Source of the DNA: Iphione sp. A-MEVVRFRX5
Taxonomy: Eukaryota
Reading direction: 5' to 3'
Assembly: GCA_976226885.1 (NCBI GenBank)
Contig: OZ320313.1
Span: 39,370,001-39,434,000, forward strand
DNA length: 64,000 bases
The translations under genes were made by a program, and so were the position numbers. Of the stretch, positions 38,122 to 51,628 are shown piece after piece. The notes beneath the pieces were generated by a model, which did not search any database, was not told the origin of the DNA, and was given only the letters and a program-made list of their open reading frames with translations. Within the stretch, counting starts at the first letter, position 1. The number at the start of each line of letters is the position of its first letter.

Positions 38122-41100
38122 TACTACGAAATTGACACAGGGAAGTCAATCTCTATTTTGCTTAATATTCTACAATATATAAGATCGATGATTGACATTT
38201 TTATTCAGAGCTTAAAATAACGTACCTAGTTTTATAGTAATCATTAATTTCATTTCTTACTACTAGATGAGAGGGGCGTAACTTGTTGCCTGCGTCAACT
38301 TTGCTTGTCTCTATTCAATCAATATTATACAAACTGGAGACAACAACATCGAGCAGAAAGACAATAAAATGTACAACCACGTACATGTGTAGTTGTATGT
38401 TTTTTTTAAAAATTACATTTTAGGATATAGAATAGATAAAATACTACTTTTGAAAGAAGCAGATACAGTTTGAAATGATATCAGAACATTCGCCTAGTAC
38501 ATGAATTATCTTATAGATGATGATCATGTAACTTCATCAGACAAGTTTTTTTGCCTTCAGCTTTCTGCCCCAGCTACCCTCTTCACTCTACGTCCCTACC
38601 ACTCCCCCGAGGTCTTTATTTTCCCGGAATTGTGTTGTTTTTATGTTCTCTTGTGTGTGTACATATGTTTGCTGTGACTGCCTCTTGTATTCATTTGATC
38701 TGCTCGGGATTAGAGCCTCGGTCAGCTGCATGAAATGTTTATTAGTGAATGTTTATTAGGTATTCACTTTGTATTTATTCATATCTTCATTAATTAATGT
38801 AGAGGAGACCCTAGCAGTACTACATGACACTGACTTTGTTGTGGAATGTTCCGGACCCCCTCATTCAACTGTCCAGGTTCTCTTATATGCGGCCTTATTG
38901 ATAGTTGGACTCACCTGATCCTGTCATCAAATACACTTTTTAAAAGAAGATTTGAAAGCAGCAAAAAAACCCATATCAACTTTTACCAAACTGATTAAAA
39001 ACAATGAGAAAAAGTATGACTGTCACATCATGTGATGGGTGGGTGTGGCTGTGTGACGGGTATGGCGATGAATCAATTGGTGAAAACTTGCACCATGATG
39101 TGCTTCACTGTGCAGCATCTCGTCATTTACTTTACAACAGTATCACATTAACGTGATTTGGAACCATGATGCATTAAAATAACATTCTACCATTCTTTTA
39201 CGAGATAAGGTAGAGAATGATTATCTTGAGGAGAAATGTGCAAATGCAGCGCTACACGGATAAACCTCATTTATCCATCTCGTGTGACGTCATAGCAGGA
39301 AGGTGAAGGGTGACCCGTTGGATTTCATAAATATTTTGTGTTGATGATTGGAAATCATAATAAAATATCTATGGCTGCGAAGAAAGCGAAAAGTTATAAT
39401 AAAAACCAAGTATTCTCGATATTCGCAAAAAGACGTGCGTTTCTTTAAAATGAAAAAAGGACAAGCCAAAACTTTCTATCTGGGACTGGCAGTGACCTTG
39501 AGATTTGTGACCGGGTTGTGTGAACACTATCTGGATTTCTACTCGGGTTAAGTTAGTAATCCGCCATCTCGGATCATCTCACCCCATTTCGCCATCAGAA
39601 CTGTCACCATGACAACCGCATTGTTGTCAAATGGGAGCCAGGCCATTCCGAAACAAATGCAATTAAATCGCACCCCATGTCCCCGTAGTCTCAAGCCCCT
39701 CCCCCTCTCCACAAAGTCAACCTGCGCCCCTTGCCAGGGTCCCTTTCTCTGAACACATTCCTTTGTCATTTATTTGAAGATAGAAAAAACTCAAATCCAC
39801 CTCTAACAAACACACAACCCACATAAGCACACCCTCATACATATATACGTATATATACTGACATACACTAGAGGCATGGTTTAGCTAGCCTTAACTGTGT
39901 TTTCTCCTGTTTCTGCGTTACCTTTCCCCATATCCCCTGAATTCTAGGTTGAACAAAGAAACAAATAAAACCATTGGAACAATACCAAGGTAATGTTTCG
40001 ATTTGTTTTAGGTAGGGTCATATGGTGAATACTATCGTTGAACCATTATTGCACATGAACTTGGACTTGTGCCAGATACACACATACATGTACATGTCGT
40101 CTCTCCTTCCGCCCATCCCCCAACTCCTTTGGACTTATGTGACTCCAGTTCGATGTCACGGAATCGATCACCCCCTTCCCCCAAATCCAGCCAGGCCTCG
40201 TTAGCGATGACCTCAATCAGGACAGATTATATCTGGGATCGAATCACGGATAAGATCACGGATTAAAGCACCGATTTAACAAAGGATTCGATCCCACAGG
40301 CTCGGTTGAAAGGACCGTGCCGGTCCTGACTACCCTTATGTCAAGTCAGGCGCCAAAATACGAAGGTCGTTTCTGTTCATCGACCGTAATCATTTGAATA
40401 TTAAATTGTGAGCAAACTATGCACGCAAAAAGGATTTTAAGTTCGTATCAAGACAAGAGAGAGAGAAAAAGGGAGAGAGAAAGGTAGAGATAGAGACAGA
40501 TGGATGATAAGAATATAGGGGGCATGCAGGATAAGACGGAGACACGAGAGATTTAGGATATGGGGAGATATGAAATGGCATAGTACTTAGGGGAGAAAAA
40601 AGAGGAATGACACTGTGAACACTGGGGAAAGATAGGCCAGTAGAGATGAAAACATGGACTGAGAGCAGTAAGAAAAAACAGGGAGGAAAGCACGGAGAAA
40701 AGTGAACAGACGCACGAAGAAATGTGGTGTCGGTTTGATGAATAGGTCCTCCACTATTGCCGTCAGTGGGACAGAAAACGTGGAATGACGTTGAAGGCCA
40801 ATTAAGTTCATTGATAAGTTGACCTTGACAAGTTCAACACATTGATTTGGCCTACTTCTATAGTGTTTGTTTTATCACACGTCCTAAGACATTTATTATC
40901 ATTTCTTTCTGTACATTTAAGCAATTTTCATCTAAATCTAAAACGCCAAATTCATCAAAGCAATGTCATTGGTTTGCAATGACAACACAGCACTAAGAAG
41001 TAGCTTAAGCAATGTTGATTCTAGGTCTTTTAGAAACGAAAACATATGAAAAATTGTATTTCAAAATATATTGGAAATCCTTTCATGAATTTCATAATTC

Positions 41101-41929
41101 AAACAAGGGAAAATTCAACCCATTAACGAAGACCCTTGAGCTAGGTTATTTCCAACTGTTAACATTATGCAAAGGTGCTAGCATAGTGTTGCACACGACA
41201 AGATATGGCGGTAGGAAATACCTTATTAATTTTCGTTCTTCATTCCAAGCCTCGATATATCTATTATGTCCGTTATCAACCGGAACCTGCGTCGCCCCTA
41301 ATCCACATAACCCTGCACCGGCCCACAGTTAAAAAAAGACACACCCTTACCCACCCACTCATCAACGTGTTCCCTTCGTGTAGTCTGCATAGAATTTTGT
41401 CAGGCTAACTACTCATTCACCCACTCATCATCCCATCCAACCCCAAACGCCAATCTTGTCCAGTCACCGATCCATTCGGTTCACGTTCCCATTTACCTAT
41501 TCTCTGAGCATCTCCTTGAAAGCCAGCACTCACTCACCTACTGTCGCATCTAGCAACTCATTTGCTACTATTGTTCAACCAGTCATCCAGCTATCATTCA
41601 TTCAGCCATACAGCCACCGAGTCGCTCACCAAACCAGCCGCCTCACCTATCCAGCTGCTTCCCACTAACTTGCGGACCCACTCTGTCACCCATACAGCCC
41701 CCACCAGTCCCCTACTGACAGACCCACCCACCCATCCAACAACTAACCCACCCACTGGTCCTTAAACCCAGCCTAACCCTAACAGGACCCTCTTCATGCT
41801 ATCATGTCCCACCAAACCAGCACTTTTTCCGCACCACTCACCGACCGACCAAAATAACTGTCCCCCACCAATTAGTACCGAGGTCGGCCGTCGGGGGTCG
41901 CGGCAGCGAAACGAGCCGATTGTGGCCTG

Positions 41930-42046
41930 CCGGTAGGGGGCAGTGTAGAGCCGCTCCCAACACCCATTATTATCGCCTAGAGTCAGAAGGCGAAGCGCTC
42001 CCTGGCGGAATTCGAATGAGTTAACTAGACGCTCGTTAGGGGGCGC
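41930..42046. promoter_or_regulatory. Cluster of three CTCF-like motifs (candidate insulator)
   Basis: Scored against CCASYAGRKGGCRS: CCGGTAGGGGGCAG (+, 41930..41943, 13/14), CCGCCAGGGAGCGC (-, 41995..42008, 12/14), TCGTTAGGGGGCGC (+, 42033..42046, 11/14). Confidence 0.5.
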
Positions 42047-44667
42047 AATCACTGGCGACGCCTGACGGGAGAAGTGGGCCCAAGAGCCAGGGGTGTAGAG
42101 GGCATTGGGGCGGTAATGATAAGGGGAGCGCGAAAAGAGATAGGGGGAAGTAGGGAGACAGCGAGACGGAGACACATTGAGATGAAACACACACTGACAT
42201 GAAGAATAGGACGGAATTATAATAATTAGATTTGCGAGCACTATCTGATGACGTCAACTAGAGACTGAGAATGAGACAACACTGAAAACGCATAACTCTC
42301 CAAACAGAATAATTCATTAAAAAAATCGGTAAACAATTTAATATCAGAGGCACAACATTACAATATCCTCGTATGTACGTTGTGATGGGGAGGAAAAGTT
42401 TAAGAAAGAAAGAGGGACAGCGAAAGCGAGGTGAAGCATAAATAACAAATTGAAAAGATAAGAGCTATGCCAGGAAACATGGAAATATCATCTTACACGT
42501 AGTTAAAAGCAAAGAAGGAGGACATATGACACAGAATAATAGTCAGATAAAGTGGCAAATAGAAGATGGAACGACCAGAGAGGGGAGGCCATTCCATTAT
42601 ATACATTTGCAGAGCCTTTCACGAAACCAGTGTCTATACCTCTCTGAGGGCCACGCACCGTTTTACGTTGATCAGTGTTAATATGGGGCCCTTTGAAAAG
42701 AAAATGAAATGGCCACTGGTCAAAAATTCCTTTGGACTTGTATTTTATTGTGGCCATGGTGGGGGGTCATGAAATTGCTCACAATGACAAATTGGACGGG
42801 TAAACCTATTTTCACGAAGCTTGGGCAGGACTAATACGATGGTTCGTGGTCGGAGAGGTGCCAATATCATCTGATATCCTGACCTGAGTGTTTTATATAC
42901 ACACAGAAACAATCTAGATATCCCCCTCCTAAACCCTCATCTTCCAGCATTACAATACTAATTCTCATATTATACCAAAGGAAACCACCATGTCGAGACA
43001 ACTGTGTCTCATTCTATTTTAGATACAGACAGCCATAAGACGAAGTCACAGGAATGGGTCCAAACCAATGGTGAATAATCGTGTTAATTCAAATAGGTAT
43101 AAATGGAAACTGTTCACGCCTAGATGGGACCACTACGAGGAGAAATGGCTATATCAAAACGAAATCCCATGCACCTATACAGGGAAAATTGACTTTGTTT
43201 ACAGCCACACTACACTGAATATTTCCTGCTGTATTCAGGAGCATGAATCACTCCATGCCTTGCTGCATTGAACATGAACACAGGATTAGCATTCCAGTAA
43301 ACATAGGGGCGTAAAGCGTTTAATTCATCAAGTTTCTAAATTTATCTCTTTCAAGTTCATTCTAGTCATCAATTGCATCGGCAGTGAATCCTCCAATCAT
43401 TTCATTTTCAATGGAACTTGATAAAACAGAGACAATTCATGTAGTTCATACACACAAAATGGTATACAGATGATTGATAAAGGAGCATACTATCCTTGAT
43501 TAGGTGCTAGTATATATATAATCATATTTAACATTTTCGTTATGGCCTTATGTAGTAGATAAAGAACATTTGATAAAATCGTGTTTGTGAATGTATTACA
43601 GCGATCTATTTGTACAGACATTGTAGGACTGCTACGCTCTAATGATGAAAATAAATCGGGCATCAGAAGTCGCCCACTTAATAAAGGGTATGAAGTTATG
43701 GAGTTCATCTGGATTGGTCATTACGAAGGCCAAGAGCCAGAAAGGCAACTGTTCTTTGTCCTCAGCGAGGTGCGTGCATCCCATTGTGTCAGGTCCCGGA
43801 TGAGGAATGGCCCTTTGTATAACGGTCCGACATGACGAGAACATGACGAAGGATGCAGGGCCCAAATAGCAGAATACCTCGACAGGCTGAGACCCGCCAT
43901 GTAGAAACAAAAAGGGAAGGAAAGGAATTGAAACCTTGAAGATATTGAAGTAGCTTCCAATGATCTTGGGAGCTTACCACAGGTTAATTCCCACCCATTC
44001 ACATGCCCTCTGTGCCCGCAAATAAGTTGTAGCCAGCACTGAGAATATTATTAGATTAAAGATTAAATTTTGAGGTCATTTTTTTCACTCCCATTAATAT
44101 TTCACGTAGTAGTTTGCTGCAGTGTAGGCTTCTGGTATCATTAGATAAACAATCACCAATATTTCAGTGTCCAATGTTTTTTGTGTTCAATCAAATAGAG
44201 AGGAATTAGTTAATACAGACACACAAGATGGCGCCCTGGTGAACACACACTTCGACGTAAGTGACTGAAAAAGAACACTTCTATAATCCCAGCTACTCAA
44301 ATGTTAAGAGGAAAGTTATTGACCGCAAAACGTGAATACTTGTACGTTCACTAGAGATACTACAAGTTCAGATGTTTACATCCTCCGGCAGTACTTAAAC
44401 CAATGAAAAACAACTACCCACTGGTTGCCTGCAACGGAGTCCATTCAAACTACTGTTTAAGAAAAAATTTTCTCGTCAAACTTTCGGATATCCTTTTATT
44501 CTTCAGGTAAAATTTATGCTCTATTATAATAATATTATCTGAAATCTAAAAGTTTGAGATTATCTGATAAATCTATGAGCAATGCGTCTTTAAACTGTCA
44601 TGCAAGACACTCATATATCGTCCCATCATTTTCTCTGTATTCTGCCATCATGTATGATTATCTTGGG

Positions 44668-45734
44668 TGCTCACTCAAAATTGGTGTGTTTCTGGTTTTG
44701 ACCAGCCAAAACCTAGGTAGGGAGGGGGGAATCTTTTTTAAATATTTTTTTATTTTCTTTCTTTGGTTTTCACCGATAATAAAAACAATATGAAGAAGGC
44801 TTTCAATGGATCAGTTCCATAATGACATGCCTTGTACATGGGATACACAGGCTAACATGTCTCCACAAGAGATTTGCTTCTTTCTGCATTTGAGCCAGTA
44901 CAATAATAATAGATATCATATCAGCCAATAGAAGAGCCTGTACATGGGGTAACCATAGAGTTCTGACGGGTCATCTTCCTAAAATAGGCTCAAAAAACAC
45001 TTGTACTCTATACAAATAATTCACATTGCTTCACTCATTTTCAAGATTTATAATCTATTTCATATTGGCCTTGCATATTGCCCAACTCCTTTTCTCTTAC
45101 CTAAATGGTGAATTTCCTTAGACCTGTGTTTTCACAGCTGTGATCGTGTGTATTTTGGGGAAGTTTGGATCATACCAGGACTGTGCAGTGTGTACAGTAC
45201 ATATAGCATGTTTTATATATGTGTCACCCTGTTTTTTTTATTTGAAAGGTTCTCACTTTTCATGGCCATGTATGCATGTTTTGCACAGTCGTGTCAGGAG
45301 AGTGGGAATGTAATGGGCTTGTTAGCTAAGTTTCATGCAAAAAAACGGTATTTCCTTATATTTTCTCACTTTGCTCATACCAGTTCAGCAGTTTTGCCAT
45401 TTTTCTGTTAAATTGACATACTTTTCAATAATTTTTCAATTAGAATTTGATGAGTTTTATGTTTTTTCAGCCAAATTGACATGAATTTTTTTGTTGGCCC
45501 ATCACAATGAAATTCAGTGTTTTCTTCTATTTTTTTTACCAATTTACATAAGTTTTACAGTATTTTGCTGAATTTCTATGGATTTTATTGTTTTTTTTCT
45601 ACAGAATGCCCTGTAGAAATATACATGTGAGGAAATTCAACCTTGGGAATTGTTTGAGGTAAAAAGACTTTTATGTAGGGTGAGGTTTTACTAGGTAGGG
45701 ACGGGTAACCAGAAACACACCTATTTGTTTGGCC
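44668..45734. mobile_element. Long non-autonomous PIF/Harbinger-type element (family A)
   Basis: Ends ...AAAATTGGTGTGTTTCTGGT / ACCAGAAACACACCTATTTGTTTGGCC|TTA. It shares both arms with the ~335-bp copies and has about 730 bp of extra internal sequence. The left terminus is degenerate. Confidence 0.72.
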
Positions 45735-48226
45735 TTATCATTTTCTGACTTATCTCACCATTGTTGCTTTATTATTTTTATTTTGTTGGAGAGTTTTTAT
45801 GCCAGGATTTCCAAGGATATGTATTCGAATCTGTGCCTCTTTGTCAGTAACACATATACATTTTTCCTTAACACAAGTCTTAATCAAATGAAGACAGGGG
45901 CCCAGAAGGCTTGTACATGTACATGGAAACATGTGGCACCATTAGGACAATAAATCTTCGCCACTGGCAGGGTGGCGGTTGTTATTGGTAATGGCTAGGG
46001 TAGATTCCGTTCAGTTTTACCACTTATAGCAGGCCATGATTCTCTTATAGTCTTTGTGTTTCCATTACTCCTGTAAGCTGGGCGGGTCAAGTCCAAAGAG
46101 GTAGATAGATATGCCTCCTGGTGCCCCATACGGATCAGCCCTATTGATAAAGGTAGTTGCAACCACAAGACCCCGATCAGGCACCTCCTTGAGAAAACAT
46201 TCCCCTTATGACATGGTATTATTATATAAATGATCATCCAACGATACAAATTGTATAACACATCTAACCCATATCTAGAGGAGAAACTGCACTTCAAGGT
46301 TCTTCCAAATATCAGCGACTGTATTGAGTTCATCTAGACGGCCATCCGTAGCCCTTGCGCATCCTACCTCTCTGTCTGTGTCTTTCTCGGTCTCTCTGTG
46401 CTTTCTTTTCAGCTCCCCTCTTGAGGCTTCAAAGGGAGAATTGATGGTAGATCACCAACCCTCTTCCAGTCCTCCCCAGCTAACTCCCCTCCCTTCAGCC
46501 ATGACTATCCCTAATGAGAACCAAACAAACCCGAGACCGCAAGCAGCGCCCAGTTGACACACAAAAACACCCCAGACCAAACAACTTGTCCCTCTTGATG
46601 CGTGTGCGGATGAACCAGGCACAACCCATAATAACTTGATGAATTTAGCTCCTGCTGCTGGGACCGAAGGGGGTTGGGGATGGGGCAGGGTGCGATTGCA
46701 TGGGGGGTCATGACAGGAATGATAATAGATACAAAATACTAGGGTGGTGATGGAGACTTGTATCTTACTAGCGAGGAGAAGGAAAACATTGGATTTAGAG
46801 TGGAGGAGAGATCCAGAGAATGGGCGTATTGCAAGAGAAGAAATGGAAAAGAAACAATGGGTGGGGAGAAGAATAGGTGCAGCAGCAAAGCAGGAGAATG
46901 AGGTTAAAAACGACTGAGCAGAAGTAACATGGGACAAGATAGTGCATTGAGCGGCTAGTATTCCATGCATCTGATTAACATGGTCGTTATCCTCCCCCAC
47001 CGGCAGACATTTACGCAGGTGATTGCCAAGTGTCTAATTTAGTCAAATGCATTCTTTTCGAACGACTCTATTTCAATTTTAATGGCCTACGATCTATGCA
47101 TTAGCTCTAGAGAGAGTAGAAGGGCAACAATACTCGGGAAAAATAGAGATACAAGCAAAGATAGACATCTAGAAAACACCCTAAATGGATGGGAAGTCAA
47201 AGTATTGCAACATCAGCCAACTAAACCTTATCGAATATTTCCACATATCAATCAGAAAAAGGCAAAAATATTTAAAGATTTCCTGACATTAAAAACACAA
47301 GTTCAAGATGATAGATATTTTAAGTGCAAATTTAGTTAAGCTGTAGCATGCTAGCTAGACTACCTTTTGTCGGTACAGGTATTTTAATATAAAACATAAT
47401 TTTTCAGCGTTAGATGGTAATCTGTGTGCTGAAGTTAGACCATCACAACGGCTTGTGGTAGGAGTGAAAGATTGAGCAGTTTCCTCAGCCGTGCTGTGGT
47501 GGAGAGCGCTGAGCTGCTCACTGTTCCCAGGCGACACTTCGTCTCTACGGTCCCAGAGGTTTGGGTACAAGCCGACACGCCCCTTCCAGCTGTCGGCTGC
47601 CCTGTTCCCATTGCATCCGTGAACGACCCATACTTTTCCTCACTAACTCCGAAACCGACGCCTGCCCCCCCCCCTCCTAACCACACACACTCCTCTCTCC
47701 CACCGTCATCCATCCCTCAATCCCAAATCCGCCATGGCACAACGATGGGTTGTCACAGTGCAGAGAGGCGGCCCTTCCCGTCATGCAATGCGCCTTGACG
47801 GAGGGCCAAGGGACCAACAGGATGACGAACGCTACCAGACTGGGTCAATCGGACGCTGGTCGGATCGCAATATCACCACATTAGAATTTATCACATTTTT
47901 TACTTTGTCCGTGTCCTCTTGTATGTCCTTCTCCGTGTCTGCTTTTATAAAAAAAATACTTTGTCCGCCTGTTTATATCGACCACGATAATTGTAACTTA
48001 GAATTATACGTATAAACTAGAGAGCATGACTTGCCCTACCCAATCTGTTCTGTGGCCATACAGCACATTTTTTTGCAGTGAAGCTTCATGTTTCTTTCTT
48101 GTTTCTGATGATTCTATGCGGTTTTCGGCGGCATATGCATACAGAATACAGGTATATGTAATTTACGAGGCCATCAGGTTAACGTATTGTGGATACAAAC
48201 AATGGATATAGATTTATTCATAAATA

Positions 48227-48379
48227 CAGTGGAACGTCAGAAATCAGGACAACACTTGGTCTGATTTCTGGTCACGTTTTAAATAGAGAAAAGAAAATAG
48301 AGATTCTGTTCTGCAAAGATCTATCCTGCTTCCTGTTTGTGCTTATTTCTGGCCTCTCCTTAAGGTAGATGTTCCACTG
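48227..48379. mobile_element. Short Tc1/pogo-type MITE
   Basis: TA|CAGTGGAACGTC ... GATGTTCCACTG, with an internal inverted repeat CAGAAATCAG...CTGATTTCTG. Confidence 0.65.
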
Positions 48380-48768
48380 TTTAAGACTATACACAGCCGT
48401 GCCACCTTAGGGGCACGTCTGCCAACAGGAAACACCACAAATGAGAGTCTGGAGAAGAACAAAATCATTCACTAGATAATTCAATTTAGCACGAAGTCTC
48501 TGAATGGGGCAGTGAAAATTAAAAAACGTGACCACAAGGACACTCTGAAGGAATTCCTCCTTGGCCTATTCCTTTGAAATAAGTCACAGAGCCGCCCATG
48601 AACCTGTACACACATCATGCACATACACTACCACTGTCTGGGGTGTTCAGAGATGAGGTGCTACATGGTGGGGCAGGAGGCTAATGAGTGACAGAGAGGC
48701 TTGTGAGGTGCACCAGCGGCTTGTTAGTGACAGGAGAGGGCTATCTAGATATACGTCATGTAACTGTG

Positions 48769-49207
48769 AAGTTGAACGTCCCGATTACGGACACCCTGTG
48801 TTCTGCGTCAAATCGTCCACATTTCAGATGTGTCCTAAAAGAGATGAATTTGATGAGTAAGAGTCCTAAAAGTACTGAATTTGATGATAGAACTAACATC
48901 TCGCCCACAGGGAAGTTATTCATGTCCACCTTCAAAAATGACTTCTGAAGCCTCTCTGCAGTCCCAAATTCACGCGAAAACATAAAGGCATGAAACGCTA
49001 CTCTTTGAGGGTGTCAGGGGTTCTAGCAAGCCCGCAAATTGTGTGACAACAGTGTCCATAGGGGGACGCTTCTTTAAAATGGGTGTCCTGATTGCAGCTG
49101 TCCCATTACAATGCTTAAATATAGGAAACATTTCAGTTCTGCTCCAAATTGTCCGCATTTGGGACATGTCCGCATCCCAGACGTGTCTGTAAGGGGACGT
49201 CCCACTG
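48769..49207. mobile_element. Tc1/pogo (Tigger-like) MITE
   Basis: AAGTTGAACGTCCC ... GGGGACGTCCCACTG|TA. Inverted homolog of 18859..19460, with about 1.5 copies of the 30-bp unit. A further right-end remnant ends at 49320. Confidence 0.78.
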
Positions 49208-50374
49208 TATATGTAATCTCGAATACATTTTATAGAAAGTGGCCTGAGATTTGGGACGTGTCTCTAATCAGGACAGTATTGCAAACAGCCGAATATTTCC
49301 CATTTAGAGGCGTCCCACTGTAAATTTATATTTAGTGATGCTGTCCACTAACAAGAGTTAGGTTCATGTGACTTGATTTTAACTGGACGTAGATACCCGC
49401 GCCCTTCATTATCGTCAAAAATCCGCTATACTAGCCACCTACTTTATCTCAATCTTCAAAATCACCTGTAATCTAAGACACTATAGGTGGCGAAATGTGG
49501 TACATGTGTCTCTCATACAACGGTTCTGTGAACTCGTGTGACGGGAATTTCCAGAGCACTTCGTTGTTCCTACCCTTTTTGTTAAGAAACAATCAACCCA
49601 GCAGCCAAGAAGTGACCATGACCACAGTATGACTAGTGTCTGATTTATGAGGGCAGGAAAGAATGGCCTGTTGTGCTGTATACCTTCACGTACATGCACA
49701 AAGATGTATATACATACCCACAGGCAGCACTCTTTCCTGGACTCAAGGAGAACAAGCCAGTTTCCATTCTTGCATAATTTTTTTTATTGAAAACTTCGAC
49801 AAATACAGATAATCTTCCAAGTAGTTGTGTACCTGCATACATTATATGGATATATAGTAAGGCATGTTAGTATGACCTTGTAAGAGCCATCTGTTATAGA
49901 TAGTGACAGCTTTGATTAATCTATTGCCTTACATTGTGTGAGTGCGTGGCACTAATTTTTCCAACATCTGCTTTTCAATAGGGTGATAGGGGTATTACGT
50001 GTATGAGTTATGTTTGCAGTGTATGTGCATCAACAAAATGGATACTGCTTTTAAGTTTAACACAACTGCTTGTAAGTTTAACACAAATGGATACAGACGC
50101 ATGGGTAGGATATGGCAGATCAGGTTAGATGTAAGTTAGAATACATATTTTAAAAAGATATGCTTGAACATGTATCAATAGGTGATTCAAGAATCATATA
50201 AGGCTTTCTGTTAGACAATTTCAGACATTTGCATACAAGTTTTAGGTATTTATGCAGTTATGTCTTTTTTCTTGAGTTATTTGCTCTCCTGTGCGTTTTC
50301 ATAAGTCATAAGCCCTGTTGTGCAGTTTTCCTTGAATATTCAGCCCTAGTTTGACTAGTTTGACAATACAAATA

Positions 50375-51416
50375 AAATGCAGTGCAAATGCACAACACAA
50401 GTATGGAAACCTGTCCTCAGGGTTAGTTTCAACAATTGCATATATGTATTGTGGCTATGTATGCAAGAAAATAGGTCACAGTGATACCTTTTCCCAAATA
50501 ATTGTCCTTTGGGATGACCCGTACTCGTGTGGTATGCATTTGTTTATGTATGTGTATATAGATGTATATAAGGGTCCCTTTCTGTCCCAAGCCGCACATA
50601 GGTTAGGTGGGACCACAGTGTACAATTTTCAAGAATTGCAAACATCATCAGTGTAACCTCCAGTAAAGTTCCCTGTATTTTTTAAATTTAAAGACATTTC
50701 TAGAAGCCTGGTGGAACGGTATGACAGACAGATATATATAGTCACAGAGTCTTACCTTGTCCTGTGTGTAACGTAATATAAGCAACCTTACCTGCATGTA
50801 ATCAAGAGGTTGTTAGGTGCCGAGTGAAATATGATAACGAAGGGAAGTTGATGACTATGGTGAACTCATCACTGATAAAAGCAAGGGGGTTTTGCTAATG
50901 TTTGTTGGACTACAGATCGATGGGTGACACCTACCCTTTGTTACTTTTCTAAATGACATAGGTTAACGATAGCCATCTGATAACTATCTAGGTACACTGT
51001 CAGTGATGCAAAAGAAATAGACCAGGTGGACTAAAGTTTTGTGCTGTCTAACAAAGGGGTCCCAAGTTGCTAGCACAGGCAAGGTGACCAAAGTATGACC
51101 CAAGGGAGGTTAGATGAAAGGTTGCTGAAGGTATCCCCCGTACAATTCTGTATATTATGGTGACACACAGATATACACATAAATACACATTCTGACTCTA
51201 TCTTTCATACGCTACTTCTGTCTTGGGTGTTGTGGCTATGTTATTGAATGAAATTAATGAGCAATGCTTGAAAACAAACAACACACTCATGCAGAGTCAC
51301 AGATATTAACTGAAATGCATTAAAGAAAAGTATGCAGAGGAACCATCAAGTACTTTATCATGTGCGTGTTATAAATGCAGTGCAAGTGCAATTCATTGCA
51401 GTATGGAAACCAGCCC
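50375..51416. mobile_element. Two right-end remnants of Harbinger-type family C MITEs (about 50375..50416 and 51372..51416)
   Basis: AAATGCAGTGCAA...GTATGGAAACCWGYCC matches the right TIR of the 17144 and 21195 copies. Confidence 0.5.
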
Positions 51417-51628
51417 TAATTTTTTCTCCTCCTTTTTGTACCCAAAGTTTAACACTATATATAAGTAAATGTATACAATGTTTTGTTGACTTAACGGGAG
51501 GCACTTCCTGTTATATGTGTTTTGTCCGAGGAACCAAGTTATTACCTGTTTATATCCTACATAAACGGCATGGTGGTCTTTCCTGGTTTTCAACCGCATC
51601 TCATTGGCAGGTAAATATAATTTATATA

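Noticed and set aside
41762-41782. Telomere-like CCTAACCCTAAC
   Set aside because: Fewer than two full units, so not an interstitial telomeric array.
46452-47000. 182-aa minus-strand ORF
   Set aside because: Purine-tract artefact with no recognisable LINE or host domain.
47480-47512. RE1/NRSE-like sequence (GGAGAGCGCT)
   Set aside because: Only the right half-site matches; there is no TCAGCACC left half at canonical spacing.
25305-50870. Minus-strand exon candidates with good donors (about 25310, 38915, 50790)
   Set aside because: No convincing coding frame: the candidates at about 38915 and 50790 have stops in all frames checked, and the one at about 25310 leaves only a short featureless frame. 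No coherent minus-strand gene could be assembled.
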